Assembly: GCA_016182185.1 (NCBI GenBank)
Contig: JACOXU010000003.1
Location: 123,881-187,880, forward strand
Source: Candidatus Levyibacteriota bacterium
GTDB taxonomy: Bacteria; Patescibacteriota; Microgenomatia; Levybacterales; UBA12049
DNA length: 64,000 nucleotides
Direction: 5' to 3'
In this document: one piece after another, positions 29,141-39,275 of the stretch
Layout: every line of letters begins with the position of its first letter
How positions within the stretch are numbered: the first letter of the stretch is position 1
Position numbers and translations under genes: made by a program
The notes under the pieces: generated by a model
The model's input: only the letters and a program-made list of their open reading frames with translations
What the model was told of the DNA's origin: nothing
Databases searched by the model: none

Positions 29141-29734
29141 TCAGCTTTCCAGCAGTAAAATGGTCCAGGGAAAAGGATGGCGAACCTTTTTAATTGTCGA
29201 TTGTGAATTGTTAGTTGTAAATTGTTCAAACCTCTTTGCCGTCCAGTGGTGGATGTGTTCGATGTCGTTTCCTAAACGAGTAATGTTTTTGCCTCTTAAA
29301 AAATTTGCCCCCATAAAAAACGGCTCATTGGGAACCGAAAGCAGAATATATTTTTTTGAAACTCGAATTAGTTCTTTTAAACCCTTTCTGGGATCTTCCA
29401 AATGCTCTAAGACTTCTGTCGCCATAACTAAATCGAATGCGTTGTCTTGATATTTAAGTTTATAGATATCTCCCTGATTTAAAATAAGATGTGGATGGGT
29501 TTTTTTACCAAGCTCTATGGCTGTTTCCAAAAAATCTACTCCTTCAAGTTTTTTGCCAATCTTATTTTCGTAAAGCTTGTTAAGAGTAAATCCCTCACCG
29601 CATCCCACATCCAAGACAGAGTTAATTTTTAAATCTTTGATAACGCTGATCAGATTCTTATAAAAATTATCTATAAGAAACTTTTGAAGAGGATTTTGAC
29701 TTGTGTGTTTTCTGAAATTATCTGTTTTTTCCAT
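29141..29734 (-). CDS. Class I SAM-dependent methyltransferase
   Basis: VLDVGCGEG, FDLVMATEVLEHL, SVPNEP. Confidence 0.9.
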   Translation of the reverse strand: MEKTDNFRKHTSQNPLQKFLIDNFYKNLISVIKDLKINSVLDVGCGEGFTLNKLYENKIGKKLEGVDFLETAIELGKKTHPHLILNQGDIYKLKYQDNAFDLVMATEVLEHLEDPRKGLKELIRVSKKYILLSVPNEPFFMGANFLRGKNITRLGNDIEHIHHWTAKRFEQFTTNNSQSTIKKVRHPFPWTILLLES

Positions 29735-30257
29735 ATTTTATTGCTTCAAATAGAACAATTCCTAAGGAAACAATGACATTCAAACTTTTGTTGACTCCCC
29801 ACATTGGAATTTCTGCTATATGATCTGCTATATCTAAAACCTCCTTTGAAACGCCTATGGTTTCATGTCCTACAACAAATGCAACAGGAAATTTATAATC
29901 GACTTTATTGTATGGAATACTTTTGGAATTCTGCTCAATGGCAATAATTTTGACTTTTGAATTTTGACTTTTGAGTTCGCGGATTGCTTGAACCGCGGTT
30001 GAAGAATAACTCCACGCCACCCATTCCGTTGTATTGATTGAGGCCTTTTTGATGCGAGAATTTGGCGGAGTCTCGGTTTCCCCGCACAAAATGACTTTTT
30101 CCGCCGCTACGGCATCGGCAAGCCTGAATATCCCGCCCACATTATAACTATCAAGTACATTGTCTACTATTATATATATGGAATTTTTCTTAATCTTTTT
30201 AAGATCTTTTTGCAAAGGAGAACTTGATCTTAATTCTTTGGCTCCCAGCTTGATCAT
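29718..30257 (-). CDS. SpoU/TrmH family RNA methyltransferase
   Basis: NVGGIFRLADA, VGHETIGV, IPMWGVNKSLNV. Confidence 0.9.
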   Translation of the reverse strand: MIKLGAKELRSSSPLQKDLKKIKKNSIYIIVDNVLDSYNVGGIFRLADAVAAEKVILCGETETPPNSRIKKASINTTEWVAWSYSSTAVQAIRELKSQNSKVKIIAIEQNSKSIPYNKVDYKFPVAFVVGHETIGVSKEVLDIADHIAEIPMWGVNKSLNVIVSLGIVLFEAIKYGKNR

Positions 30258-30291
30258 GGAACTAATTATACACTAAGAAGGTTTATTGAGG

Positions 30292-31338
30292 CTAATCTTC
30301 TTCCTCCTGCTCTCCGGATGAACTATTTCCGCTTGAAGATGAACCGCTATTTGAAGAGGAGCTACCACTTGAAGCAGATGGTCCAGAACTGTCGCTTGAT
30401 TCTTCATGAATTTTATCAACTTCGTTTTGGGCTTCCTCAAACTTCTTTGCCGCCTCTTTTGCTTTTTCGATAGCCTCTTTTGCACGCTCTGCCGCTTTTT
30501 TTCGAGCCTCAAACAATTTCTCCTGTTTTTTCTTTTCTGCTTCTAACAATTTTTCCTGGGCCTTTTTTCGAGCCTCATTTTTCTCCTCAATTGCTTTTCC
30601 TAGAGCCTCTTCTCTTCTTTTAAGAGCCCTTTGTGCGGCTTCTGTTGCTTCATGCTCGAGCTCATCCAATTCATCTTCAAGTTCCAGGGCCGATTCTGTC
30701 GCAGCTTCAATTCTTCTTTCAATTTCTCTATTTAGGTCATCACGAACTTCTATTTCGAATTCATCATCAGGTAAGCCATCCTCCACTTTTATCTTTGAAT
30801 TAAGAATTGATGCCTGAACGACTGAAACCATTAGTTCAAGTTGTCCGTCGGCTTGACTCTCTAAAACATCTAATAATTCCTGTCTTCTTTCGATATCAAC
30901 ATTGATTGTTCTTGCAGTCTCTGAAACATCTTCACCTTTAAGCTGTGCATTATTTAAATTATCTGCAGCCTGTTCCAGATTTTTGGAGACCCCTTCAAGA
31001 GCCGTTTCTATACCGCTTGGATTTTGGCGGGCAAGCATAAGACGAAGTTCTGCCAATCTCTCACCCGCAACTGCATTATGGATTTTTGCTTTGTCTTGAG
31101 GACTAAAGGTGAAGAACAAACGTGTTGCCTGCTTAATTTGATCTAAGAAAAAGAACGGGCTGTCAGGCAAGATCAATCCCGGTCCTTCAATAGTTGGCGG
31201 AAGTTGAGGAGTAGCAGATTGAGTTGAGACTCCCAACACTCTTCTGTGACGAGCATATACGGGTTCTGAGGTCACCAGAATTAAGATTAATATAGCGAAA
31301 GAGATTAAACCTATATAAACTGATGTTTTCCTGATCAC
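30292..31338 (-). CDS. Exported coiled-coil protein (DUF5667-like)
   Basis: Signal/TM; GLILPDSPFFFL, ERLAEL; long helical region and Ser/Gly tail. Confidence 0.75.
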   Translation of the reverse strand: MIRKTSVYIGLISFAILILILVTSEPVYARHRRVLGVSTQSATPQLPPTIEGPGLILPDSPFFFLDQIKQATRLFFTFSPQDKAKIHNAVAGERLAELRLMLARQNPSGIETALEGVSKNLEQAADNLNNAQLKGEDVSETARTINVDIERRQELLDVLESQADGQLELMVSVVQASILNSKIKVEDGLPDDEFEIEVRDDLNREIERRIEAATESALELEDELDELEHEATEAAQRALKRREEALGKAIEEKNEARKKAQEKLLEAEKKKQEKLFEARKKAAERAKEAIEKAKEAAKKFEEAQNEVDKIHEESSDSSGPSASSGSSSSNSGSSSSGNSSSGEQEEED

Positions 31339-31424
31339 ATTTTATTATGATCATATCTTTTAAATCTTGTCAAGTGTTGCCACTTAATACTTAATACTCT
31401 ATACTGAATACTAACTACAGTATT

Positions 31425-31865
31425 ATGACTGCAACCGGACACGCGATAATTGGAACTTTAATCGCTGCGAAATTTGGCGACCCTACTCTTGCCGTCCCCC
31501 TTGCTTTTGGCTCTCATATAGTAGCCGATGCACTACCCCATTGGGATGAAGGTGTTAACCCCAAAAAGAGTAAGCAAAAAATCGCATTTGATGCGGTAAT
31601 CGACGTAATCGCAGGTTTTATAATCTCCTATCTTATCGTTTTTATGCTCTTTCCGGGAACAAACCTTTTCTATGTTTTTATTTTGATTCTTGTTTCCCAA
31701 TCTCTTGACTGGATTACAGCACCTTATTATTTATTTGGAGTAAAACCGTTTAAGATTTTTTATAAATTTCAGAAGTTATTTGATAATCCGCAGGATAAAC
31801 CTTGGGGAATCATCAACCAGGTAGTAATTTTGGTTATATTGATTGCTCTTGCGAAGCTTTTTTGA
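31425..31865 (+). CDS. Membrane protein, putative metal-dependent hydrolase
   Basis: MTATGH, SHIVADALPHWD, multiple TMs. Confidence 0.7.
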   Translation: MTATGHAIIGTLIAAKFGDPTLAVPLAFGSHIVADALPHWDEGVNPKKSKQKIAFDAVIDVIAGFIISYLIVFMLFPGTNLFYVFILILVSQSLDWITAPYYLFGVKPFKIFYKFQKLFDNPQDKPWGIINQVVILVILIALAKLF

Positions 31866-33849
31866 TGTCTTGTAATTTCCAGGCGGCAAAAGTGCATTTG
31901 GGGTAATTTGAGCAACCATAAAAATATCGGCCTTTTTTTGACTTTTTGAGTATAATTTTCCCTCCATCATTTGGACAAATTTGGCCAGTCTCTTCTGCAT
32001 ATGGCTTGGTAAAATTACATTTAGGAAAAGCGCTGCATGCCAAAAACTTTCCAAATTTACCGATTCGAATTACGAGATCTGATCCGCATTTTGGACATTT
32101 TTCATCTGTTTTTTCAACTTCAATTTTGACTCTTTCGGCGTCTTTAACATCATTTAATGTTTTCTCAAAATCTTTATAAAAACTTCCTATCACAGGGATC
32201 CACTCTTTCTTGTCATTTGCAACAGCATCCAGCTCATCCTCCATTTCGGCCGTAAACGGTATGTCATCAACTGTTGAGAAATTTTTGACCAGAAAATCAT
32301 TTACTGCTACACCTACCGGTGTCGGGACAAATCTTCCTTCCATTCTCTCGATGTATTGCCTTGACTCAATTGTCGAAACGATAGTTGCATAAGTCGAAGG
32401 ACGCCCTATTCCCTTTTCCTCAAGAGTTGCTACCAAAGATGCATCATTGTAACGAGGTGGGGGTAATGTTTCATGTTCTTCTTCTTGAATTTTATCAGCC
32501 CTTAACTCTTCACCAGTCTTAAACTCAGGTAAAATTTTATCATTAATCGCCTGAGGCGTAAGCTTTAAGAATCCATCGAATATCAAAACCGACCCAGTCG
32601 TCTTCAACCGATATTTTTTGTCGTTTGAGTCTGTCAATACCGTAGTTGACTCAATGATTGCATCAGCCATCTGCGACGCTACTGCCCTATTCCAGATGAG
32701 TTCATAAAGTCTTCCATGATCTTGCTGCAGATCCTTCGCAACTTCTTCTTTTGAAACACTTATTGCAGTGGGTCGAATAGCTTCATGCGCTTCCTGAGCC
32801 AGCTTTTGCTTTGTTCTGTATACTCTTGGTACATCAGGCGTATATTTTTTTCCGAACTTCTTTTCTATATAATTTCTGATGGATGTTACTGCCGAGCTTG
32901 CTATGATTACCGAATCGGTTCGATGATAAGTAATATAACCTTCTTCATATAGCTTTTGAGCAAGTGCCATAGTTCTTTTTCCAGACATTCCGAGGCGTCT
33001 TGACGCATCTTGTTGAAGAGTTGAGGTGGTAAACGGAGCATAAGGGCTTCTTTTTGCTTCTTTCTGCAAAATATCAGCTACGACAAACTGCTTTGCCCTA
33101 AGATCTTCGACAATTTTCTTAGCTTGTTCCAACAATCCGATGGATGTTTTGCTGACTCTGTACTGCCCGTCATACAGCTCATGAATTTTTTGGATTTCTA
33201 ACTTTTCACCATTTATTTCTATTAGTTCAAATTCCGTAGTTTTATTCTCTTTTTCAAAAAAAACCGAAATAGTCCAATACTTTTCCTTTTTGAACTTTTC
33301 AATTTCTCTTTCTCTCTCAACAATAAGTCTTAAAGCAACTGATTGTACACGGCCGGCTGACAAGCCACGTCTAATCTTCTGCCACAAGATCGGTGAAAGT
33401 TTATAACCGACCAGCCTGTCCAACACCCTTCTTGCAGTTTGAGCATCGACCAAATTATCATCAACTTCCCGCGGATGATTCAAGGCTTCATCTATGGCTT
33501 CTTTGGTTATTTCATGAAAAACAATGCGGTTGAATTTTTTTGCCTTATCTTCCTCAAGTAAAATATCTCTTACATGGGCTGCTATGGCCTCTCCTTCACG
33601 GTCCGGATCTGTCGCCAGAATTACAGTTTCAGCAGTTTTACTGGCTGACTTAAGATCTGAGATGACCTTTTTTTTGGCCTCAACCAACTGAAAATCAGGC
33701 TTGAAGTTTTTTTCTGTATCGACTCCAAGTTTACTCTTGGGCAAATCCATAACATGCCCCATTGAGGCTTTTATTTCATAATCGCTGCCCAGGAATCTTC
33801 GCAGTGTTCTTGCCTTTGTCGGTGATTCAACAACTACCAAATGCTTCAT
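31834..33849 (-). CDS. topA: DNA topoisomerase I
   Basis: VVESPTKA, ATDPDREGE, SAGRVQS, ITYHRTDS, AHEAIRPT, C-terminal Zn ribbons. Confidence 0.97.
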   Translation of the reverse strand: MKHLVVVESPTKARTLRRFLGSDYEIKASMGHVMDLPKSKLGVDTEKNFKPDFQLVEAKKKVISDLKSASKTAETVILATDPDREGEAIAAHVRDILLEEDKAKKFNRIVFHEITKEAIDEALNHPREVDDNLVDAQTARRVLDRLVGYKLSPILWQKIRRGLSAGRVQSVALRLIVEREREIEKFKKEKYWTISVFFEKENKTTEFELIEINGEKLEIQKIHELYDGQYRVSKTSIGLLEQAKKIVEDLRAKQFVVADILQKEAKRSPYAPFTTSTLQQDASRRLGMSGKRTMALAQKLYEEGYITYHRTDSVIIASSAVTSIRNYIEKKFGKKYTPDVPRVYRTKQKLAQEAHEAIRPTAISVSKEEVAKDLQQDHGRLYELIWNRAVASQMADAIIESTTVLTDSNDKKYRLKTTGSVLIFDGFLKLTPQAINDKILPEFKTGEELRADKIQEEEHETLPPPRYNDASLVATLEEKGIGRPSTYATIVSTIESRQYIERMEGRFVPTPVGVAVNDFLVKNFSTVDDIPFTAEMEDELDAVANDKKEWIPVIGSFYKDFEKTLNDVKDAERVKIEVEKTDEKCPKCGSDLVIRIGKFGKFLACSAFPKCNFTKPYAEETGQICPNDGGKIILKKSKKGRYFYGCSNYPKCTFAAWKLQDIKKASQEQSI

Positions 33850-33917
33850 AACTTATACAGTTTATTTTAAACTATACCATACTTGTCAAGAACGAATTAT
33901 TAACTCTTGACTCTTGC

Positions 33918-33947
33918 TGTTATAATGTGTTATAACAAATTATAACG
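33918..33947. promoter_or_regulatory. Three TTATAA palindromes with ~10-11-bp spacing, candidate AbrB-type operator
   Basis: TGTTATAATGTGTTATAACAAATTATAACG overlaps the TTGACT..TATAAC promoter of the downstream AbrB-like gene. Confidence 0.6.
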
Positions 33948-33961
33948 ATACAAACCTAACA

Positions 33962-34123
33962 ATGGTAAGAAAATTATTAAGAATTGGAAATTCAGTTGGA
34001 GTAACGCTTGACAAAAAGATGTTAAGAAGTCTTGGGATGGATGGCGTGACCTGGGTCTGGATTGAACCGGATAAAAAGCACAACACAATTCTAATCCGCA
34101 AACGCGAAGAAACCGACTGGTAA
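33962..34123 (+). CDS. AbrB/MazE/SpoVT-family DNA-binding protein (53 aa, not in ORF track)
   Basis: MVRKLLRIGNSVGVTLDKKMLRSLGM...ILIRK swapped-hairpin signature. Confidence 0.8.
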   Translation: MVRKLLRIGNSVGVTLDKKMLRSLGMDGVTWVWIEPDKKHNTILIRKREETDW

Positions 34124-34171
34124 TCTTTAGCAAAGTTTGATTTTACGGTCCACAGTGATATAATTTCCCCT

Positions 34172-34555
34172 ATGCAGTCGCATGAGAGAGAAAAAAGGCT
34201 ACCTGTTGGATTCGATATTGAAAAAATAGCTGAGAATTTAAGAGGATGGGAGTTAAGACAATTTTCTTTCATGAGAGAAGAAGGTGAATGGCAGCTTTAT
34301 AGAGTAGTCTCTGACGATAATGTAAGTCTAGAAATGAAACCGGCTAAGAGGTACGTTTGTTTAAGAGCAGCTACAGGAAGGCATTTTTCGACCAATGCTA
34401 ATATCTTTTGTAGAAATATAGAATCTGTTAATATTTCTAAAGGTGAGGTGGAATTTAAAGGAGATGTAAATTTAATTGTCCGAACATACAGCTTTGAAGT
34501 AAGACTCCCGGATGCTCCTCGAGAAGATGCTATTATTGTACATTTTACTCCTTAA
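34172..34555 (+). CDS. Hypothetical protein
   Basis: 127-aa ORF; TTGATT-16-TATAAT ends 7 nt before ATG. Confidence 0.65.
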   Translation: MQSHEREKRLPVGFDIEKIAENLRGWELRQFSFMREEGEWQLYRVVSDDNVSLEMKPAKRYVCLRAATGRHFSTNANIFCRNIESVNISKGEVEFKGDVNLIVRTYSFEVRLPDAPREDAIIVHFTP

Positions 34556-35657
34556 CTGAATAGGTACTATTACCCACATTTTTAACTATCCCCTTAATCT
34601 CCATCATTGATAAAATACTCCCGAGTTTTGAGGAATCAATCCTTGTCTTTCGGGCAATTTCATCAAAATACAATTCCTCATTCCTCAAAGCTTGTAAAAT
34701 CAATCTCTCTTCTTTACTCTCTGTTTTATATTTTGTAGTTTGGGTTTTTGGATTTATTTGAGATTTGTAATTTGGAATTTGTAATTTTAATTCATTTAGT
34801 ATATCTTCAGTAGACGTTACCAACTTCGCTCCCTTATTTATCAGCTTATAAGGTCCTTTCGACAAGACAGAATTAATCGGACCCGGCACTGCGAAAACCT
34901 TGCGATTAAATTTGAAGGCAAAATCAGCTGTAATAAGAGAGCCCGAATCCTCTGCTCCTTCTGTGACTAAAACTGCCTTGGATAATCCTGCTATAATTCT
35001 ATTTCGTGAAGGGAAAAGACCCTTGCCTGGTAAGTAACTTAGGGGAACCTCGGAAATTACGCAGCCTCTGCCATTAATAATTTTGTCATAAATATTTTTA
35101 TTATGTATCGGCGTGCAGCAATCCACTCCACATCCCAAAACTGCGATAGTCTTCCCGCCATTTTCAAGAGTAGATAAATGCGAAATCCCGTCAATGCCTA
35201 ACGCCAGACCAGATACTATTGTAAAACCTGATAAGCTTAAATCTTCAGCAAACTTCTGGGTGACTTCCTTTCCATAATTTGTTGGCTTTCTTGATCCGAC
35301 AATTCCAATTGTCTGTTTCAATTCATCTTTAAACTTCTCAAATCTTAATCCTCTGCCAAAAAGGACAAATGGCGGATTGGGAATCTCAAGAAGAAGTTCG
35401 GGATAACTTGTGTCATTACTTGTGATGAACCAGGCATTCTTCTTTTTTAATTTTTCCAAGTAATCTTTTATAGAAAATTCATTCCTGAATTTATCAAACT
35501 TAATTGTCAGCTTGTCCCCCAAAACTTTTTTTAAATCTGTTATTTCGGCTTTCCATGCTTTTTCTGCTGTTCCAAACTCGGCAAGCAGTTTTTTAAATTT
35601 CAAAGGTCCTACTCCAGAAAACACCGAAAACCCCAACCAATAATTTCTTTCCTCCAT
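34545..35657 (-). CDS. dprA: DNA processing protein DprA
   Basis: IVGSR, VSGLALGIDG, FPSRNRIIAGL, SGSLITA, AVPG. Confidence 0.95.
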   Translation of the reverse strand: MEERNYWLGFSVFSGVGPLKFKKLLAEFGTAEKAWKAEITDLKKVLGDKLTIKFDKFRNEFSIKDYLEKLKKKNAWFITSNDTSYPELLLEIPNPPFVLFGRGLRFEKFKDELKQTIGIVGSRKPTNYGKEVTQKFAEDLSLSGFTIVSGLALGIDGISHLSTLENGGKTIAVLGCGVDCCTPIHNKNIYDKIINGRGCVISEVPLSYLPGKGLFPSRNRIIAGLSKAVLVTEGAEDSGSLITADFAFKFNRKVFAVPGPINSVLSKGPYKLINKGAKLVTSTEDILNELKLQIPNYKSQINPKTQTTKYKTESKEERLILQALRNEELYFDEIARKTRIDSSKLGSILSMMEIKGIVKNVGNSTYSVKE

Positions 35658-35732
35658 TATCTAATAATATTTTCAAATTCTGGCAAAATAAGCAATATTG
35701 ACGGCGTGAAAACACTTTGGTATGATTTTCAA

Positions 35733-36188
35733 ATGGAGTTAGGAGATATTCCAAAACAGCTTAAAAAGGCTCTAGGAAGGCCGCAACCTGCTCTACCAAA
35801 GCAATCTGGATTAGATATTCCTTTCCCCAGATCTCCTGTTGAACATTTAAGACCAGATCTTAAAAACGGTCCTTTAAAAGATTCTATTGCGGGAAACGGA
35901 ACTAAATCTTTGTCAAATGCGGTCGCACAAGGATTGATCAAACAAGGAGATAAAATACATGTAATATCAAAACCAGATTCTGGTGATGATCTTGTTTATT
36001 TAGGACCCAGTCAAAACAATAACCCAAACAATCCTCCTTCTCACAGCTTCTACTGGTTAAAAGAAAGACAACCTGTCGCAGTTAATAATATTACAAGATG
36101 GATGAGGCTTGGACAAGAATCAGAATTACCAGATCATGCTAAGCAGGCAATAGAAAAGTTTCAAACAAAAAAATCAGGTCAAAAATAA
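35733..36188 (+). CDS. Hypothetical protein
   Basis: TTGACG-17-TATGAT ends 6 nt before ATG 35733. Confidence 0.65.
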   Translation: MELGDIPKQLKKALGRPQPALPKQSGLDIPFPRSPVEHLRPDLKNGPLKDSIAGNGTKSLSNAVAQGLIKQGDKIHVISKPDSGDDLVYLGPSQNNNPNNPPSHSFYWLKERQPVAVNNITRWMRLGQESELPDHAKQAIEKFQTKKSGQK

Positions 36189-36194
36189 TTATTT

Positions 36195-37985
36195 CTATTC
36201 TCTACTAAACCATTCCTCCAGCACCTTTTTTGCAATCGGTGTAGCAATATTTGATCCCTCACCGCTCTCCTCAGCCAAAACAGTAACAATTATTTGAGGA
36301 TCATATGCCGGTGCAAAAAGCGTTATCCAGGCGTGAGGAAGGGTCTTTTCTGTCCCGTGTTGTGCTGTTCCGGTTTTGCAGGCTATTGATATCTTTCTAT
36401 AATCTTTAAAGCTTCCCGAAGTAGTAGACTGCGGTGCCTCCAAAAAATTTTTTCCATCAACTTTTAACTTTTCATTTTTAACTGTAAAGTTAAAAAGCGG
36501 CCAGGCAACCCCGCCCGGACTGCAGGATTCAACCATGCCCTGGCGAATAAGATCTGCCGAATCAGGAGACAATAAATCTTTTTTAAAAACCATTGGCTTT
36601 GTATTCATTAGTAAATGTGGCTTATAAATGATTCCCTCATTGGAAATTGCCTGGGTCCAAATATTGACCTGAAGCGGAGTAGTCAAAACGTACCCCTGTC
36701 CAATTCCATAATGATAGGTATCACCCAAATACCATTGTTCCCCGATCTCCTTTTCTTTCCATAGCGGAGTTGGCACATTCCCAGCTGCTTCCCCGGCCAA
36801 GTCAATTCCGAGCCTTTCTCCAAGACCAAACTTTTCAGCAGTCTTTGAAATTTTTTCAACGCCGATTTTTTCGCCAAGTTTATAAAAAAATATGTCATTT
36901 GAGCGCTTGATTCCTTTGATAACGTCAACTGCCCCATCTTTTCTACCATACTGGCTGTAGTACCAATTTGAAAAGGAGAAAGAACCCACATTTATGATTC
37001 CTGTATCTTCGACTTCGTAGCTTCTGTCAATAATTTTATTTTCAAGGCCTGAGGCTGCAACTATCAATTTAAAGGTCGATCCGGGAGGATAAACACCTGA
37101 GATAGAACGATTTAATAACGGTTGGTTGTTGTTATCGGTAAGAGCTTGCTCTATTGTTTGATAGTTATTATCAGGATCTGTTCTATAATCTTGTCCCATT
37201 GTAAAGAGGTTGGGATCAAATGAAGGTTTTGAGACCATAGAAAGAACTTCCCCATTTGGTGTCGATACTATAACAGTTCCTTTTTTTACATTTTTTAATG
37301 CTTCAAAAGCTGTTTTCTGAAGCTTTGCATCAAGAGTAAATGTAAGATCTTTTCCAGGAATTGGATCTGTCTGACCGAGTTTTCTCACAGATTTTCCCAG
37401 ACTGTCTGTTTCGAGCAATTGTTTACCGTCTATTCCTTTAAGAAAGGTTTCGTATTCCTGCTCAACGCCCATCTTGCCAATTAAATCCCCTCCTTTATAG
37501 GCTGAAAATTTCGATTCTTTAAGCTCTTCTTTGTCAATTTGGCCAATGTATCCAACTACATGGGCAAAAATATCTTTATAGGGGTATGAACGGAGCGCAT
37601 CAACCTCAAGATCTTTCTTTCCCTGAGCAATCAATGTTATAGCTTTTTCATTATCAATTACTCTTGTCTTGCCGTTTATCGTTTCACGGAAACCCGGAAC
37701 ATTAAAAACCAATGGATCTTTATTTCGATCAAAGATTATACCGCGGGGAGCATGAATTACGACTGTTCTTATTCTGTTATTGTCAGACAAATCCCTATAA
37801 TATGATCCCTGAATAATCTGAAGATCAAATAGCCGAAAAAAGATAACCACTGCTGCTAGAACAAGCAAAAGCGGCATAAAGAAAACCCGCATATTACTGG
37901 GCTTGTCAAAATGTCTCGATGCACTGCTCCTTGGTTTTTCAGAGGTTATATAGTCAGGAAATGCAATTCCAGTCTTGAGCATCAT
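36195..37985 (-). CDS. mrdA: Penicillin-binding protein 2
   Basis: APRGIIFDR, PGSTFK, SND, KTGT; follows mreCD. Confidence 0.93.
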   Translation of the reverse strand: MMLKTGIAFPDYITSEKPRSSASRHFDKPSNMRVFFMPLLLVLAAVVIFFRLFDLQIIQGSYYRDLSDNNRIRTVVIHAPRGIIFDRNKDPLVFNVPGFRETINGKTRVIDNEKAITLIAQGKKDLEVDALRSYPYKDIFAHVVGYIGQIDKEELKESKFSAYKGGDLIGKMGVEQEYETFLKGIDGKQLLETDSLGKSVRKLGQTDPIPGKDLTFTLDAKLQKTAFEALKNVKKGTVIVSTPNGEVLSMVSKPSFDPNLFTMGQDYRTDPDNNYQTIEQALTDNNNQPLLNRSISGVYPPGSTFKLIVAASGLENKIIDRSYEVEDTGIINVGSFSFSNWYYSQYGRKDGAVDVIKGIKRSNDIFFYKLGEKIGVEKISKTAEKFGLGERLGIDLAGEAAGNVPTPLWKEKEIGEQWYLGDTYHYGIGQGYVLTTPLQVNIWTQAISNEGIIYKPHLLMNTKPMVFKKDLLSPDSADLIRQGMVESCSPGGVAWPLFNFTVKNEKLKVDGKNFLEAPQSTTSGSFKDYRKISIACKTGTAQHGTEKTLPHAWITLFAPAYDPQIIVTVLAEESGEGSNIATPIAKKVLEEWFSRE

Positions 37986-38404
37986 AAGGTTACTTTAGAA
38001 CTATCTGATTTCATTATTTTTTTAACTGCTATAAAAGAAAGAATCCCTATGATCGAACTCGTAATTGCCTGAAACAAAATATCGCGATAGCCGAAAAAAA
38101 TAAGATATGCGATGCTTCCCAAAAATGATGCCATAAATACAAAAGGAACTGTTCTTATTTCAAATTTTTTGTCGTAGAGAAGAACTATGAATAAAAAAAT
38201 TGTCAGAAAAAGACTTGTTTTTCCTATTGGGTTTAGTTTTATTAGATCGATCATTAATCCTGCCGAAAAAGCCAAAAGGAAAATCCAAGATTTCTTGCTT
38301 ATTACTGATATTAGCAAAATGGCCAGCAGAACTAAAGGAATCGTAGTGATACTTGCTTCAAGAAGTATAAGAAATATGATAAAGATTATCAAGAAGATAT
38401 ACAT
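37982..38404 (-). CDS. mreD: Rod shape-determining protein MreD-like membrane protein
   Basis: Polytopic membrane protein (AFSAGLMIDL) between mreC and mrdA. Confidence 0.75.
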   Translation of the reverse strand: MYIFLIIFIIFLILLEASITTIPLVLLAILLISVISKKSWIFLLAFSAGLMIDLIKLNPIGKTSLFLTIFLFIVLLYDKKFEIRTVPFVFMASFLGSIAYLIFFGYRDILFQAITSSIIGILSFIAVKKIMKSDSSKVTL

Positions 38405-38406
38405 GA

Positions 38407-39207
38407 TTATTGGCTCTTGATTACAAATACTGTAGAAAGGCTAGAAAAATTCAAATCACTCACTATATTAGCGTTTTGAAAAAGAGCGCTTGGTTTTTTT
38501 TCAACCGAAATAATTGTTCCTACAGTCAAATCTGGTGGATATCCGCTTCCCCCCAACTCCTGGCCTCCCTTTGTGACAATTATGTCCTTTTCCTTGATAT
38601 CTGCTTCCTGCATTATATTTTGAAGACTCATTTCCCTTCCTGCCTCTCCTCTCACAACGCCGATCGCACCAGTTCTTAAGGTTTTGGCCGTAAATGAAGA
38701 TGTTGCATTTGTAATCAAATTTACCTTGGATCGAAATTCAGTAACTTCTGTTATACTTCCTACTAAATTATCTTTCAAAATCACAGCATCGTGAATTCTT
38801 ATTCCGCTTGATTTTCCAACATCAAGGATAAATATTGAAGGCTCTGTCACTCCCGGGACGAAATTAGGAGCGCCAATAATCTTAGCCGCAATTAAAGTAG
38901 TGCTTTTAATAGTTGCGGTTTGAAACTGATCCCGAAGAGCTGAATTTTCTTTCTCAAGCTTCTCTTGATTCACCAATTGGCGGGCAAGATTAATATTTTC
39001 TTCTTTTAGATTCTTGAGATTCTCTTCTTCATTTAAATTTAAAATTGACTGAAATGTTTGAAATGTAACTTCTTGCACAGGAGAAAAAATATTTCCAATT
39101 GCTCCAAAGAGATTGTTGAAAAAATTAAATCTTATTAGTCCAAGAATTATGAGCGAGAAAGCTAAAAAGAAGATAAAAATAGGAGCAAAATTTTCCTTTT
39201 TTTTCAT
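38407..39207 (-). CDS. mreC: Rod shape-determining protein MreC
   Basis: TM, coiled coil LEKENSALR, LDVGKSSGI, LVGSI, YPPDLTVG. Confidence 0.88.
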   Translation of the reverse strand: MKKKENFAPIFIFFLAFSLIILGLIRFNFFNNLFGAIGNIFSPVQEVTFQTFQSILNLNEEENLKNLKEENINLARQLVNQEKLEKENSALRDQFQTATIKSTTLIAAKIIGAPNFVPGVTEPSIFILDVGKSSGIRIHDAVILKDNLVGSITEVTEFRSKVNLITNATSSFTAKTLRTGAIGVVRGEAGREMSLQNIMQEADIKEKDIIVTKGGQELGGSGYPPDLTVGTIISVEKKPSALFQNANIVSDLNFSSLSTVFVIKSQ

Positions 39208-39275
39208 AGGTCCATTGTAGACTTTTTGAGAAAATCTTACAAGCTGCAATGAATCTGGTATAATTATGGCCACAA

